Below are positions 52,316-64,000 of a stretch of DNA of 64,000 bases, piece after piece. Where the stretch lies: assembly GCA_053919585.1 (NCBI GenBank), contig CM132792.1. One strand, written 5' to 3'. The notes below the pieces were generated by a model. That model was given only the letters and a program-made list of their open reading frames with translations, did not search any database and had not been told where the DNA came from. A program made the translations under genes and the position numbers. How positions within the stretch are numbered: position 1 is the first letter of the stretch; the number at the start of each line of letters is the position of its first letter. This DNA is from Euprymna scolopes (lineage: Eukaryota).

Positions 52316-53074
52316 ATAGAAAAGCAATCATTAAACATAAGCACATACAATTAACCTAATGATTTTCTTTGGGAATGAAACAAACAGTTGTGTGTAGCTT
52401 ATTGACCGTAAGTATATTTTCAAATTACTATTATATTTAAATAGTACCAAAATAATAAACATGCACTAACCAAATCTAATTTGATTGTTTTAGCTAATTT
52501 TAAAACCTAATCAATTGTTTATAATTTAATATTGTGATCCAAGTGAACTTGTAGTATTAAAAGATATTAGCTGTCTTCTGTAACTAATGCTTTCTGAACT
52601 GTTAAGCGGATTGAAATTCTTTATATTTAGTTCACCAGTTCCTTGACATATCGAATGACCTTTATTGGTAGCAGGTGTTCGTCTTAGATTAATCAATCGA
52701 AAGTGCTGGCAAAATTAATTAAAGGTATTTTAATGCTTTTTCTCGTGTCTGCTGTAGCATAGCATAACAAACCGCTTGCTAAATTGCCTCCGGTTAAGTT
52801 CAAAGTTAAATTGTTTGAAAGCTTCAGAATGCTCTTCCATATTAAATAAATTAAGTGGAACTGGCTGAGAGAATTCAAATGGTAATTAAAAGAATTGGTT
52901 TTGGATGATTTGCAGTGAAGAATTTCCTTGATATTAAGCTTTTAGCTTACTTTAAATCTCTCCTATTTTCGTTTGTAAATGGAGAAACTAGTTTAATTTA
53001 CTCTGTACTAAACAAGCGATGTCAATAACATTCTTTCTTTGATATTATCGACCCCCTCCACAAATATTATGAAG

Positions 53075-53076
<2 letters not shown>

Positions 53077-53133
<57 letters not shown>
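53077..53133. repeat. (AT)n microsatellite
   Basis: Read directly. Confidence 0.95.
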
Positions 53134-53134
<1 letters not shown>

Positions 53135-53634
53135 CAAAGAAAAAAACCGAAATAAGTTTATCAGCAGAACAATGGAGAGAGAGTTGTTCATTAAGGTAAT
53201 CAAAGGAAGTTGAATAGGATTGTTCCTATTTACTTGCCTCCCCACGAGGGCAGAGTTAGGCATATGGTCGGTTTTTAATGTGGGGAAAATCCAGCTCCTA
53301 TAAAAGGAGCACTCTTGATAGGAACAAAAATAAAAATTGTCTCTATCAAGAAAGATTTCTCCTCCACTGATCGAGGACAAAAGGTGAAGTGTGGTATCAG
53401 AACAGATACTATACTTGGGCAAAAGGCCAAGAAACAAATAAGAATAGGATTGTTAATCAAAATCTGGTGGCCAAAATAGTTTCAGGAGTTGCAAAAAGTT
53501 TTACCACAGGAGACAGTTTATGTAGGGTGTGGTTCAAAGCAGATGGAGATAAGCTGATGATCACTAATGGGTCACTACAGTAAACATAGATCTGGACTTT
53601 ATATACCAGTACACTTGCTATAACTATTCTATAG

Positions 53635-55663
53635 AAAGCCCCACTCCCCCCAATGGTTTACCTCTGCTTGTGCAGCTGCCATTGCTCAAAGGGAGCACGC
53701 GTTCTGCAGATTCAACCGACATAAGTCCAGTTCACACAGACAGAAGTATACAGAAGCCAGAAATAATTGTAAGAGAGTAATAGCGACAGCTAAGAAAAAT
53801 TACACTGAAACCACCAGGAAATGCCTCGAAGTACATAAATTAGGAACCCGTGATTTTTGGTAAATCTACAACAGTGTAGTAAATGATAGGCAGACAACAA
53901 TTCCCCCACTTTCAAACAATCATGAGGTTGCTTGCATGGCAACCGACAAGGCTAATCTGCTTGCCAGTCGGTTTGCCTCAAATTCAACACTGGACCAGGC
54001 ACACCACTCCCTCCCCGACTTTCCTTTGCGGACAGACGCCACACTAGACGATTTGAAAATCACCCCTTCTCAGGTGCATGGTATCATAAAAACCTAGACA
54101 CCTCAAAAGCATGTGGACCAGGTCTCATCCCGGCTGTACTAATAAAAAAAATGCTCTGCTGAGGTTGCTCCAGTTCTCTCCAAATTTTACAATAAATGCC
54201 TTAACGAATCTTGCTTTCCTGACTGCTGCAAAACCGCTTCTGTGGTACCAGTCTTCAAGAATTCTGGTGAAAGAACTGACCCACTAAATTATCGCCTCAT
54301 TAACCTCCTCTCACTTTTCGCCAAAATATTTGAGTCCTTAGTTAACCAAGCCATAGTCCAACACCTAACAGCTGTTAAACTCCTGACTGACAAACAATAT
54401 GGATTCAGGCAAGCCCGTTCAACAGCAGATATCTTAACTGTAGTTTCTGAACGTATATACCGTTCACTGGACAAAACAGGGGAGAGTAGAGCGGTAGCCC
54501 TTGATAAGGAAAATTAGAACATATGGTATCACTGAAAGAATACATAATGTAATTAAATCCTTCTTAAGTAATTGTTTGGATGTACGACCGTCGAGGACAA
54601 CTTGGATTTTTATCCAAGTTGTCCTCTACGGTCATACATCCAAACAATATGATATAAATGCGGGAGTACTCCAGGGGTCTATCCTTGGACTTTTATTATT
54701 CCTGATATTCATAAATGACCTCCCTGATAAAATTGTTTTGGAGATGGGTATATTTGCCGATGACACCACCCTCTATAACAGGCATGAGGGGAAAACAAAT
54801 GAACACATATCTAAGGAAATGGCAGAAACACTTGAGGATGACCTCCAATCTGTAGTGGAATGGGGACAAAAATGGATGGTCACATTCAATGCTACCAAGA
54901 CTAAGCTTGTTTCCTTCAATAACTATAAGAAACTTTCTCTACCACCAATAGCAATGGCCAAGAACACACTACCTGGAAGTACTTCCTTTAAACTCCTCGG
55001 CCCTAACATTTACAGGGAACAGGAACTGGAATATAAACATTGAGAGCATTGCCAAGGCTGCTGTAAAGAAGGTAGGCTCTCTCTACCATTCCTGAAAAAT
55101 TACTTATGCCTGAAAGTATCCTGCACTTCTATAAGGCCACCATTTGCCCATGTATGGAGTACTGTTGTCACATTTGGGCTGGTGTATATGTTGCTTGTCT
55201 CTCGCTCCTGGACAGGGTTCAAGAGAGATAGGTCCTGAACTGTCATCTAGGCTTCAGCCTCTCTCCCATCGACGAAATGTTGCATACCTCTGCCTGTACT
55301 ACAAATACTTTAATGGTGAATGCTCTGACGAACTGCAAGCACTTGTACCTCCTCGACGTGACTACCCCCGACAAACCCGACAAGCAACTAAGTCCCACCT
55401 CTTTACAGTAGAGATCCCTAGATGTAAGAAAGCCTTTTATTCCAATAGTTTCTTCCCCAGAACTGCAAGTTTTTGGAACTCCCTTCCGGGATACTGCTTT
55501 CCCAACTGTACTGATATGCAGAAGTTCAAGTGTAATGTGAACAAACATCTTTCTACTCATCTCTCTTCATAATGCCCCAACAAATTATGTCCCCGATAGT
55601 AGCCCCCATTTCAAAGTGGCACTTAGCTTGTTTGGGGTGAAAATTCAATTAAAAAAAAAAAAA
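53635..55663 (+). mobile_element. 5'-truncated CR1-group LINE, pseudogenised reverse transcriptase
   Basis: WFTSACAAAI, LDTSKACGP, VVPVFK..NYR, QYGFR, GVLQGSILG..IFINDLP, FADDTTL, LSHRRNV..RTASFWNSLP. Stops and frameshifts; poly(A) at 55651-55663. Confidence 0.92.
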
Positions 55664-58600
55664 TAATTTGTTTTAAATACTAACACCTGATTCGCAGTAA
55701 AAATGCGTTTGGCAGTAATGTTAAAAGACATTTCATTGTAAATAATTAACAACCATAAATGAGTAAATTTATGTTGGTGAAAATTTACATTTCCAAATTA
55801 TAAAGTGTACAATGGAAAGTAAATAAAGTATTTGTTTCGGATTTCTTGTTATACTGTCTTGTTAAAATCGTGTAAAATAAAGATCTAAATCAAGACTACT
55901 TCTCAATCTTCTTCCCCCCCCCCATTACAATTTGCTTGTGTTTTATGGCATGGTGTTAGTGTGGGCAAGTGTGTGAATGTTATTTAATCTAAAAATCCAA
56001 TACTTATTTTTTGATAAGTCATTAAGCACACTTATTTCTTTCATAGCGGGGGGGGGGGGGGCTGAGATGAGTTTAAATCATAATATACATTTTATTTTAT
56101 TTATTTTTTGCAAGATTCTTAGTCTGATATTAAAAATTTTTTTAAATCACCTTGAGAGTAAAAAAAAACAAAACATTCATGCAATTTCCGAATAATGACT
56201 GGCAGAGGTGGGGAGAATGAGTGTTCATAACATTGTTGGTTCTATTAAGCTTTTAATAGGATCTGACCAAATTTGAACCGTCCTCCTGGAACTGGAGCAA
56301 TTTTGGTATCTCTACTCATCATTAAATTGGTATGTTAAAGAAAAAAATGAGAGCAATAATGAAAAGCTGTGAATGCATGTGTTAGAAAATCTCTGAAGTG
56401 ATGAAACTGAGCCATTTAATGATGGAGGTGTGTTTCAGCGTTGATACATTGATGTGATCAGAGATAATCAGTCTATTCTTCTGTAAATGCTTTTAATGTT
56501 TTTTATCTTCAGAAAAAAAAAAATCACTGCACCAAGAATACCATTTGGAAGAGTGTATGAAGAAAATCTTAATGAATGATGAAAAATCCGAGACTTTTTA
56601 TTGTTCCGTAATCGTTTGTAAAACTAAAACTGTTATTGCCAATGCCAACTGCACATTCTAATACTGAGGCATCATTTATACTTTAAACAAAGTATCAACG
56701 CGTTTGGAATTGTTACCAGATTAGAAGAGCAGGGTGATGTGGAGGTGGAATTAGCTGTTTACTGAAGCAACAAGAAATAAGGTAGAAAGCAAGTGAACCC
56801 TAACCCATTTACTGCCCCCCCAATGTCTGCCTTAGCCTGTAATCTGATCGCAATATGCTAACAAAAAAGTAGGAAGCAAAGAAAACTTGAAGCTGAAAAG
56901 AATACTATGAACAAAAAATGTCCTTCCTTTCTTGACCTATTTCTCTCTCCAACGGTTAATTTTCTACACATTACCCCCCCCCTTTTTTTTTACCTTTTGT
57001 TTGTTTCAAGTTTTTTTTATTCTTACTTTTTATGTATTCAACTTTTTCTATTACTCACTTCCCTTTCATTTTTGGAAATTTTTATGAATGAACAGTTGGA
57101 TCATTTGTTGAGACGTCCATGCTGTTAAGACGAGCAACCAACCACTTTAATCAAAATCGTTAATACAACTAGGACTTAAATTTTGATTAAACAAATTTCA
57201 AAGTTTTATTGTGGTAATCAAATGTAAAAAAAAAAAAAAAAAAAAAAAATCTTGAAATGCATATTTAACTATAAACCAGCTATTTCTCTCCGGCGTTGTT
57301 TAGGAATCTTATTTTTTAATAAAACGAAAGTTAAATTTAATGATAACAACACCATCGGTATTAAATTAATAATGGAACCAAATTATTATAATACTACAGC
57401 TATTAAGATCATGTTATTCTAATGAAGGCCAAAATATCAGAAAGACAAAAGGCTATTTGAAAATGACGTCAGGTAGTTGGAGTGGAGTAGGGAGTGCTGA
57501 TTTTTTTTTCGCAGTCGTGCATCCCTAAGTTTGTATAATTTTTACCATTTTGTAAAATTTAATAATTTTTCTGTGTTCCTGCTTTTAAATTAAACATTTT
57601 TATTTTTATTTTTCAAGATATAAAAATTATGTTATGCTGATAGATGTTCATTCAAGCAAGGAAAATATTAGAATTTTACATATAAAAATTATGCGAAACA
57701 TGTAATCTAAAAAAAATAGTAAAAATACTTTTTGCAATTACAATTTTTGTATGTGAAAATATTAAATAAACAATGTTTAATTGAATGATAATATCAGTAG
57801 TTCGCGAAATTAATTTTTCTTCGATGTATATTGAATTCATTAATACAGATTTTTGGGGCTTTTTTCGTAATGTTCCTTCTTTTTTTTATTGTTGCAGTTT
57901 ATGGTGTTTTATTTTCATAAAAAAAAAGCAAATTCACTTTTTTTACTACTGAAAACCATAACTTTTTAGATTGCTTATTTATATTGATAAAATTATTAAA
58001 ATGAATCTTTGCTTATTTTTATGATAGTTTTGCAATTCTAATTTTTGGTTTAGGCCTACAGAAAAACATCTTTTGTGTTTAAACTTTAATTCAAATCCAT
58101 AAGTTACTTTCTAGTCATCAGTTTAAAGTCTTATGAATTGGTTTTGAATATCATGAACACAATGGTTTTTGACTTTCAATTAAAATTTCAAAGAAAATTA
58201 TATTATGCCTAACGAATTTCAATTGTATCACTAAAAAAATCAAATTTAAAAACAACTGAGCTGTTTACATATTCTAATTGATGAGATTTATATCTTTTAA
58301 TTGGTTTATCATATTAATACATATGAATGCGAGTCTGCAGTCAAAACCATTTGAGTCTCCTGTCCTACTCATCCTCAAAATAAGTTTCAACCCATGGGGG
58401 TCTGTTACATATACTTTTAAAGCAATTAGAAAATATTTTATTTATTTTTAATGAAAAATATTTCAAGAATATTTTTAATAGGTTTATACCATGCTATTTC
58501 AAGGAAAGTTTGTTTGACCAAAGTATCAGTTATTTCATATATTAAAATTTTGATGTTCTTTAGCATAAACGAAAAATGTCCCCAGTTTATAAAACTTATA

Positions 58601-61600
58601 GCCAGAATAAGTATTTTCTGAAAGACTTTCAAATTACTTTTTTGTTATTGTCAGTATGTGACAAGGGTAAAAAAACGTGCTGGTTAGAATCAAATATCTA
58701 TTTACCAAGTGCAATGTTAAAATGGATCTATTGGGAAGAATCCGACTGGCTTTTCTTATATATATATCTTTTTTGACCAGCTGAAATAATATGCAACAAT
58801 CTCATCTATTTACTGTAGACATTATGTCAGTAGTATCACACTTCCGATACCATCTTGTGAAAATGTATCCCATATATCATAGAAATGTAGAGAGGTTGTG
58901 TTTTGTGATAGTGTAAATTCTTGAATATTTATCACTTGAGAATTTCGTTTGATTCCCTCTGCTCTGTTTGCTTTACATGACTTTGTCATTTTTGTTTATC
59001 TTTGAAATGAATGGATTCTGCATTTTGTATTTTGCCTTGTGATCTGTCAGTGTCTCTCGCTTCCCTATAAGATTTCTGTCGGGTGACATTTGAATAGTTG
59101 CGCCTGTATTTTTCAGTCGCATATGTGGTAGTTTTGATGATCTTCTCATGCTCGCTTGGCCTTTAAAAACAAGAAGGATTATTTCTCTGAAGTTCGGCTG
59201 GCACCAAAAAGGAGATAACATCTTAATTGCTGACAATGAGAATCTACAGAGAAACAACTACAATGTTTTGCTTCAATGCTAACAATCAGAAAAGTAGTGA
59301 GGGTTAGGGTTTTGTTTACAAGTTTGCCTTAATAATTATGAACAGTAACTAATAAAATATCTCTTATAGATATGTCAAAATGTTCAAAACTCTTTACTTC
59401 CGGTGTTTTTGTTTTTTTAAAAAAAAAGAAAAAGAAAAAAAAAGCTACATTTACCATCTTTTTTTTTTTAATCCAAACAAATATGAGGTTTTGTTATATT
59501 GATTAAATTCTAATTCTGATTATCATTTACAAAATATTGTTTATTTCTGTAACTGTTGCAACAATTTTCGATGTTTATTTCAGCATAAATATTTCGGCTG
59601 CACAAATTCTACAGCCAACCTTTACAAAAAATAAAATTTTGAATAATTAGAAAAATAAACATATCTCAAACATATTGAAACATTTTGTTTTAGGATTTAA
59701 GTTTTGTTTCACTAACAGCAAATGTCTAAGATTTTCTTTTAATGGTGGCGGGGCTTTGTATTTGATAAAATTACATATACATCTTGCAGTAGATACTGAC
59801 CCCTGCCCTCATTGATCTTAAATTATCTGAAAGTGCTTATGAGGCTGTAAAGTTCATGAATTGAGATTCATTTTAATCTATATGCCAGATGTTATAAAAA
59901 TACACTAAAATAAGTTTTGTAGATCAGGGTTTGAAATTTTGATCTTGTTTATGATACATTTGACCCGCACACAGTATAACTGCACTAGTAATTTCTTTGA
60001 AACACATTTGTTTAAAACTGAGAAATAGCAATGTTGGTTACTTCCTTTAAAAAAAAAAAAAAAATGCCAACTTTCTTAATAGATAACCTTTTGAGAAAGG
60101 ATATTAATATGTTGTCAATTTCACATGAACATAAAATCTTGATAGTCCATTTTCATAAAGATTTTCCTTTTGAAATATCTTGAAATGTTAATGTTTAAGC
60201 TGTTCTTTTGTTGATTATATATTTCACAAACCGATTACTTTTTTTTTTCCAAACTTTTCTAAAGCAAATATAGTAGATTGAAAAGTTACCTACCTCCTAT
60301 ATCGTCATTCATTTTCAGATAAATGTCTAAATCCATACTCATGGTAGAGGGTGCGTGGTTGGCCTAATATGGCAGAGGTTTACACAGAATTTCCTATCAT
60401 TAGTTACACACTAATCTTGTTGGAAGGTATGAAAGCAAAGTTTCTCCCAGCTATGAGCAGAATAGCAACTTATGTTCAAATCAGATTTATTGGCAAGTAA
60501 CAAAGTGCAAGATGTGTATATTTATATACTGAATCTGAATGTTAGTTTGAGATAACTTTAAACCTGGCTATGGTAGGGATCATCACTACCTCTGGTAGGC
60601 TCTCCCACAAACACAGAATGCTGACTTTCTCCTGTTGCGACAAAAATACCGATGCTATCTTTTTCTGGATCCCATGATTTGATTTCATTTTTCATAGGTT
60701 TTCTTTTCCTTCCTCATATGTATATGATAAAAAATTGAACGTGAATTTGAGCTTAGTTTGTAGAAGAGACTATTATGATGAAACCATGTTCTTTTATAAA
60801 GCATCTATTATGATAGGCAGAAGTAGGTTGGGGAAGTGAGAAATTATGGAACAAAAAGAGAGTACATAAAATATATTAATATTAGAAATAAAATATTGTA
60901 AGTCAATAAATCAAACCTGGAATCCTGCAGTCGGTCAACTGTTACTGGATCCAGATCTATCAGTTCAATGTAATGTGAAGAATTTAAGAATGTTCTTGGT
61001 CATTTGTTCTTATAGTGATCTATCCTATTCATAACTAAATGGACCCTTCCAGAAACTATGGAGATTACAAGTCTTGAGGCAGTTTTTCTGTAACTTGCAA
61101 CTATTCGTTATGTGTGTTAATATACCGTGTTTTCTTATTGACCTTTCAATGTCACAACATTTGGTTGTCATCATTGCATATACATCCAAAATAGTTGATA
61201 TGTGGTATACATAGAATTGCTGAATATAATCCATTCCTTGTGTATTGCATTGCGATTATTATTCTGTTATTACTTTTTATAAAAAAAAACGATTTTCATG
61301 GCTTAATTTTTAAAAAGAATGTTTTTGATTTTATTTTTACTCTTTACTTTAAAGACGAATTGTATACAGTTATCTTGCTAGTCGATCGTCTGCTTTTGTG
61401 AAAGCTGTTTTATGTATTTTCTTTAATCAAACGTGAAATGTAATAAATTGAGAGAGGGGAGCATTTTGGTAACATTTATGAGGAAGACTACAAATTGAAG
61501 TTTATAAAAATAGCATATTCATTTTAAAAGGAAACCATTTGAAAATTCGCCATTAATATAAAGCTATTTTCTTTTTCTTTTATTTATTGCTTATATTCTT

Positions 61601-64000
61601 GTACTTTTCTGATAATTTTTACTCAAAAATATGAATGATTTATATTTTCTTGTGTTAAAGAATGACATTGTTCACCATTCAAGTAGGATTTCACCACTCT
61701 GCAAACTAATAAATATGTCAAACCGTTATAATTGAGTTTAGCATCAAGTTTTTTACTGTTAAGAATGCGCCATATTTTAATATAAAATAATTTAAAAATG
61801 TGAATGACTTTAATTTGCCAGCATATTTCCATTCTAATCCTTTACTTATAATTTTACTGTTTTCTTTCTAAAGTTTATTATATTCTAGCATTGTTTACTG
61901 AAGCAGTTCGAAGTCTTATTGCGGTTGTGCCATTTTCATACTTATTTCAATATCACCTTGGTCTTGTTTTTCATTTTCTCTTCAGAAAATGAAGGTTCTG
62001 TTTTTTGTCTGCAAAAGATTTTGAAAGCACTGGAAGAATTTCTCTGAAAATTGACATCCAAATAGCTTATGTCAAATTAATTTAGGTAAATCTTTCAGTC
62101 AAAATTAGGGAGAAAGATCTCATTTCTTCTAAAGGGACACCGATAACGATTTAGTAATAAAATAAAAAAATTCTGATTATGTGGAGATCTCTACCTCTTT
62201 GCAAGTACGATCCTTTATAAGTGAATGTAACATATACTAGAGGAAAAAAAAACATTGAACTCTTGTTAAATTCTTCGAATCCAAAAATATTAACATCTAA
62301 AATTAGTCCTTTTGTGCTCCCTTCATCTCCCACTATGGGGTTATTAAACCTTGTTTCACGGTAGACTTCTTGTCACATACAAACATTATTTAAAAAAATA
62401 TCAATGCACACATTGAGAAAAATTTGGCATTATGATAGAGATAATGTCGGGAAACATTGTTTTTAATATGAAATAGGCTTTATTAAATTAATTTTGTTAG
62501 CAGCATGAGAAACGTTTTTACTTTATTATTTTTATTTTATTTTATTTTTTTTCAGATTGTAAAAAATACCTTCATTTTCTCTCTTCATTCAATATGGATT
62601 ATTTCCTTCTCTTAATCCACATCTATTCTCATTTCTTTTTTTCTCAGAATCCATCTTATTTTTACCATATTCATAATGTAATGTTTTCTCAGAGTTGATG
62701 CCATCCTTTTCTAGACATCTACAGGTGTACATTTTACCAAAACGTCTTGCAGATTGAATAAAGCCAGTTTTAAAACGTGTTTTTACTTGTCATTAGTTAT
62801 ATCACACAAACACGTTTCCTGATAGAAAAAAAAAGATAAATGTTATGATTTTGAGTGTTTTTCGAATTTTGGTTTGTGTTGTACTGTTTCGGTTATTTTG
62901 TTTTTCAGCTTTCTTCAGATGTTTTGTGGGTTAAAAATTTCATAACAATTCACAGGTTTAACAGAAGGCACCTTTAGAAGGCTGGAGGGCAACATAGCTG
63001 TAATGGTCTGATAACCACCAAGATTAGAAGATCTGTCAGACAATCGTAAATGAAAATCCTTCATCCGATTAGAGCAAATATTGCAGATATGATTAAACAA
63101 GAACTTTGTTGATAATTTATCCTAGACAATGCTTGGTTTCTTTGTTCATCAGAACGTTTATTTGTTAAAATTGAAGGAAAAAATGTTATACTCAGGATGT
63201 ATGTTTGTGGTTAAGTGATAATATGCGTTGGATGGGGTTGAGGTGGAGTAATATGCTCAAAAGGTTGCTTTAATTTCTTTCATCATTAAAACTTCAAAAA
63301 AGTCCAATTGAAATAAATATGTACTTTTATAAAAGTATATAAAATTATTCACAGCACCCCCCCACCCCTTTGTAAAATTCAAATCTAGTTTTTCATGGCT
63401 AGTAAAACATGAATTATAAATGAAAACATTTTCTACTGAACAGAAAAGATAGAATGAGGAAGTAATTTGTTTATCTTTTTGTTGTTGTGTTCTCATGTAT
63501 GCATGAAAGTCACGTCCTATTAAATATTCTAGTGTGAAATTATAAATAAAACTGCATTGCTCAGAAGAATAACAGCAGTTAGATATTATATTGACCTGCA
63601 CTGAATATATTCAAAGCAGCTTGAATGTGAAATGTTGTACTTGAAAAGTTGTAAACTTGTCAAATCGGTACAATTCATGTTCGCATTGTATGTGCCAACG
63701 ATGATACACTCTTATTATCTTCAAATCTTAGTTCAACTACTTTGTTATATGGAAATGACCTTAAGCATAAATATTTATAAGAGAAATCACACTGCTTTTG
63801 TCTTTTTTTTTTCTTTGCATGAGGTCTCAAATGGCATAAAAGCATTAATTACTGTTGCGGGATTTATTTTAAAATTATTTGGACTATTCTTTTCATTTCA
63901 GGTTTTTGTATTTGGAAACATTTCAACTGATGTAACCTAACTTTCACATGTATTGTTTTTAACCTTGAAACCTGTATGCAATTTTGAACCGAACACTATT

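Noticed and set aside
58973-59282. Overlapping open frames and a TGATGA..CTGA box C/D-like pair
   Set aside because: No recognisable protein, terminal stem or guide sequence.

Overview
AT-rich eukaryotic non-coding DNA with three N-gaps. It is probably an intron or intergenic stretch of an invertebrate. The SINE/RTE/Penelope mix resembles octopod cephalopod repeats, but that is pattern recognition only. I find no convincing host gene. The ORFs I can assign are decayed transposon fragments (Penelope RT, several RTE-type LINEs, a 2 kb CR1-group LINE, an irritans-type mariner) or a microsatellite artefact; the rest are short chance frames. Other content: non-autonomous Helitrons (A|TC...hairpin-CTAG|T), MITEs, a 19 x 108 bp near-perfect tandem array and a long CT-rich minisatellite. 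The most interesting signal is a set of small hammerhead-ribozyme (HHR) elements. (i) Two tandem type-I HHRs have cleavage sites 345 nt apart and a tRNA-like Pol III box, a retrozyme/circRNA-like unit (43731-44151). (ii) Two tRNA-headed short elements end in a Penelope-type minimal HHR (474-787, 5910-6236). (iii) Several Penelope-end copies are arranged as inverted pairs, one with a twin-priming signature and a 12 bp TSD. Local fold-back inverted duplications also recur (51713-51761, 54571-54648). Boundaries of decayed elements are approximate and family names are unverified by database search.
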